From Antedon mediterranea (taxonomy: Eukaryota; Animalia; Echinodermata), in contig NC_092672.1 of assembly GCF_964355755.1 (NCBI RefSeq), forward strand, positions 1,550,001-1,614,000: a DNA stretch of 64,000 nt, given 5' to 3'. The position numbers were made by a program, and so were the translations under genes. The notes beneath the pieces are model-generated. The model was not told the DNA's origin. It saw only the letters and a program-made list of their open reading frames with translations, and did not search any database. This document shows positions 60,314 to 64,000 of this stretch, piece by piece. The first letter of the stretch is position 1; every line of letters begins with the position of its first letter.

Positions 60314-63300
60314 GTAAGCATGCAAGATATAATATCAGACTACCTAGACAAGGAGGTAAGCATGCAAGTTATAATATATCAGACTACCTAGACAAGGAGG
60401 TAAGCATGCAAGTTATAATATATCAGACTACCTAGACAAGGAGGTAAGCATGCAAGTTATAATATATCAGACTACCTAGACAAGGAGGTAAGCATGCAAG
60501 TTATAATATATCAGACTACCTAGACAAGGAGGTAAGCATACAAGTTATAATATATCAGACTACCTAGACAAGGAGGTAAGCATGCAAGTTATAATATATC
60601 AGACTACCTAGACAAGGAGGTAAACATGCAAGTTATAATATATCAGACTACCTAGACAAGGAGGTAAGCATGCAAGTTATAATATATCAGACTACCTAGA
60701 CAAGGAGGTAAGCATGCAAGTTATAATATATCAGACTACCTAGACAAGGAGGTAAGCATGCAAGTTATAATATATCAGACTACCTAGACAAGGAGGTAAG
60801 CATGCAAGTTATAATATATCAGACTACCTAGACAAGGAGGTAAGCATACAAGTTATAATATATCAGACTACCTAGACAAGGAGGTAAGCATGCAAGATAT
60901 AATATATCAGACTACCTAGACAAGGAGGTAAGCATACAAGTTATAATATATCAGACTACCTAGACAAGGAGGTAAGCATGTAAGTTATAATATATCAGAC
61001 TACCTAGACAAGGAGGTAAGCATGTAAGTTATAATATATCAGACTACCTAGACAAGGAGGTAAACATGCAAGTTATAATATATCAGACTACCTGGACAAG
61101 TAGGTAAGCATGCAAGTTATAATATATCAGACTACCTAGACAAGGAGGTAAGCATGCAAGTTATAATATATCAGACTACCTAGACAAGGAGGTAAGCATG
61201 CAAGTTATAATATATCAGACTACCTAGACAAGGAGGTAAGCATGCAAGTTATAATATATCAGACTACCTAGACAAGGAGGTAAGCATGCAAGTTATAATA
61301 TATCAGACTACCTGGACAAGGAGGTAAGCATGCAAGTTATAATATATCAGACTACCTAGACAAGGAGGTAATAAGCATGTAAGTTATAATATATCAGACT
61401 ACCTAGACAAGGAGGTAATAAGCATGCAAGTTATAATATATCAGACTACCTAGACAAGGAGGTAAGCATGCAAGTTATAATATATCAGACTACCTGGACA
61501 AGGAGGTAAGCATGCAAGTTATAATATATCAGACTACCTAGACAAGGAGGTAAACATGCAAGTTATAATATATCAGACTACCTAGACAAGGAGGTAAACA
61601 TGCAAGTTATAATATATCAGACTACCTAGACAAGGAGGTAAGCATGCAAGTTATAATATATCAGACTACCTAGACAAGGAGGTAAGCATGCAAGTTATAA
61701 TATATCAGACTACCTGGACAAGTAGGTAAGCATGCAAGTTATAATATATCAGACTACCTAGACAAGGAGGTAAGCATGCAAGTTATAATATATCAGACTA
61801 CCTAGACAAGGAGGTAAGCATGCAAGTTATAATATATCAGACTACCTGGACAAGGAGGTAAGCATGCAAGTTATAATATATCAGACTACCTAGACAAGGA
61901 GGTAAGCATGCAAGTTATAATATATCAGACTACCTGGACAAGGAGGTAAGCATGCAAGTTATAATATATCAGACTACCTAGACAAGGAGGTAATAAGCAT
62001 GTAAGTTATAATATATCAGACTACCTAGACAAGGAGGTAAGCATGCAAGTTATAATATATCAGACTACCTAGACAAGGAGGTAATAAGCATGTAAGTTAT
62101 AATATATCAGACTACCTAGACAAGGAGGTAAGCATGCAAGTTATAATATATCAGACTACCTAGACAAGGAGGTAATAAGCATGCAAGTTATAATATATCA
62201 GACTACCTAGACAAGGAGGTAAGCATGCAAGTTATAATATATCAGACTACCTAGACAAGGAGGTAAGCATGCAAGTTATAATATATCAGACTACCTAGAC
62301 AAGGAGGTAAGCATGCAAGTTATAATATATCAGACTACCTAGACAAGGAGGTAAACATGCAAGTTATAATATATCAGACTACCTAGACAAGGAGGTAAGC
62401 ATGCAAGTTATAATATATCAGACTACCTGGACAAGGAGATAAGCATGCAAGTTATAATATATCAGACTACCTAGACAAGGAGGTAAGCATGCAAGTTATA
62501 ATATATCAGACTACCTAGACAAGGAGGTAAGCATGCAAGTTATAATATATCAGACTACCTAGACAAGGAGGTAAGCATGTAAGTTATAATATATCAGACT
62601 ACCTAGACAAGGAGGTAAGCATGTAAGTTATAATATATCAGACTACCTAGACAAGGAGGTAAACATGCAAGTTATAATATATCAGACTACCTGGACAAGT
62701 AGGTAAGCATGCAAGTTATAATATATCAGACTACCTAGACAAGGAGGTAAGCATGCAAGTTATAATATATCAGACTACCTAGACAAGGAGGTAAGCATGC
62801 AAGTTATAATATATCAGACTACCTAGACAAGGAGGTAAGCATGCAAGTTATAATATATCAGACTACCTAGACAAGGAGGTAAGCATGCAAGTTATAATAT
62901 ATCAGACTACCTGGACAAGGAGGTAAGCATGCAAGTTATAATATATCAGACTACCTAGACAAGGAGGTAATAAGCATGTAAGTTATAATATATCAGACTA
63001 CCTAGACAAGGAGGTAATAAGCATGCAAGTTATAATATATCAGACTACCTAGACAAGGAGGTAAGCATGCAAGTTATAATATATCAGACTACCTGGACAA
63101 GGAGGTAAGCATGCAAGTTATAATATATCAGACTACCTAGACAAGGAGGTAAACATGCAAGTTATAATATATCAGACTACCTAGACAAGGAGGTAAACAT
63201 GCAAGTTATAATATATCAGACTACCTAGACAAGGAGGTAAGCATGCAAGTTATAATATATCAGACTACCTAGACAAGGAGGTAAGCATGCAAGTTATAAT

Positions 63301-64000
63301 ATATCAGACTACCTGGACAAGTAGGTAAGCATGCAAGTTATAATATATCAGACTACCTAGACAAGGAGGTAAGCATGCAAGTTATAATATATCAGACTAC
63401 CTAGACAAGGAGGTAAGCATGCAAGTTATAATATATCAGACTACCTGGACAAGGAGGTAAGCATGCAAGTTATAATATATCAGACTACCTAGACAAGGAG
63501 GTAAGCATGCAAGTTATAATATATCAGACTACCTGGACAAGGAGGTAAGCATGCAAGTTATAATATATCAGACTACCTAGACAAGGAGGTAATAAGCATG
63601 TAAGTTATAATATATCAGACTACCTAGACAAGGAGGTAAGCATGCAAGTTATAATATATCAGACTACCTAGACAAGGAGGTAATAAGCATGTAAGTTATA
63701 ATATATCAGACTACCTAGACAAGGAGGTAAGCATGCAAGTTATAATATATCAGACTACCTAGACAAGGAGGTAATAAGCATGCAAGTTATAATATATCAG
63801 ACTACCTAGACAAGGAGGTAAGCATGCAAGTTATAATATATCAGACTACCTAGACAAGGAGGTAAGCATGCAAGTTATAATATATCAGACTACCTAGACA
63901 AGGAGGTAAGCATGCAAGTTATAATATATCAGACTACCTAGACAAGGAGGTAAACATGCAAGTTATAATATATCAGACTACCTAGACAAGGAGGTAAGCA
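60281..64000 (+). repeat. 44-bp minisatellite (~84 copies, runs off the window) made of a HELLS exon end plus its 5' splice site
   Basis: Unit agttataatatatcagactacctagacaaggag|gtaagcatgca; copy 1 is the coding end ([11 protein letters not shown]) of exon 60249-60313. Confidence 0.97.

Noticed and set aside
60281-64000. CRISPR-like regular array (also 48930-49402)
   Set aside because: Units are head-to-tail with no unique spacers, there are no cas genes, the context is eukaryotic, and the units derive from host exon junctions.

Overview
AT-rich, intron-rich animal genomic DNA. An invertebrate deuterostome, possibly an echinoderm, is inferred from DeuSINE cores and PIK3CB/D- and ING4/5-type genes. 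Five spliced protein genes lie on the + strand: the 3' part of a Gfo/Idh/MocA (YteT-like) oxidoreductase, a class IA PI3K catalytic subunit (p110 beta/delta type), ING4/5, NEURL4 and the 5' part of HELLS/LSH. A tRNA-Pro(TGG) sits on the - strand just upstream of NEURL4. Introns and spacers hold about 17 copies of a Harbinger-type MITE, several non-autonomous DNA transposons with clear TIRs/TSDs (Academ-like, 9-bp TSD, 6-bp TSD hAT-like, Kolobok-like), a Rex1/Babar LINE fragment, SINE remnants and many minisatellites. The most unusual signals are three: (1) tandem arrays built from real exon-intron junctions (about 84+ donor copies in HELLS; 8 acceptor and 3 donor copies in NEURL4); (2) 24-33 bp CA(T/G)GG palindromes inside 7-bp TSDs that look like P-element excision footprints; (3) TAGGCCTA-rich tracts at the 5' end of every gene whose start is visible. 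All exon coordinates were read by eye.
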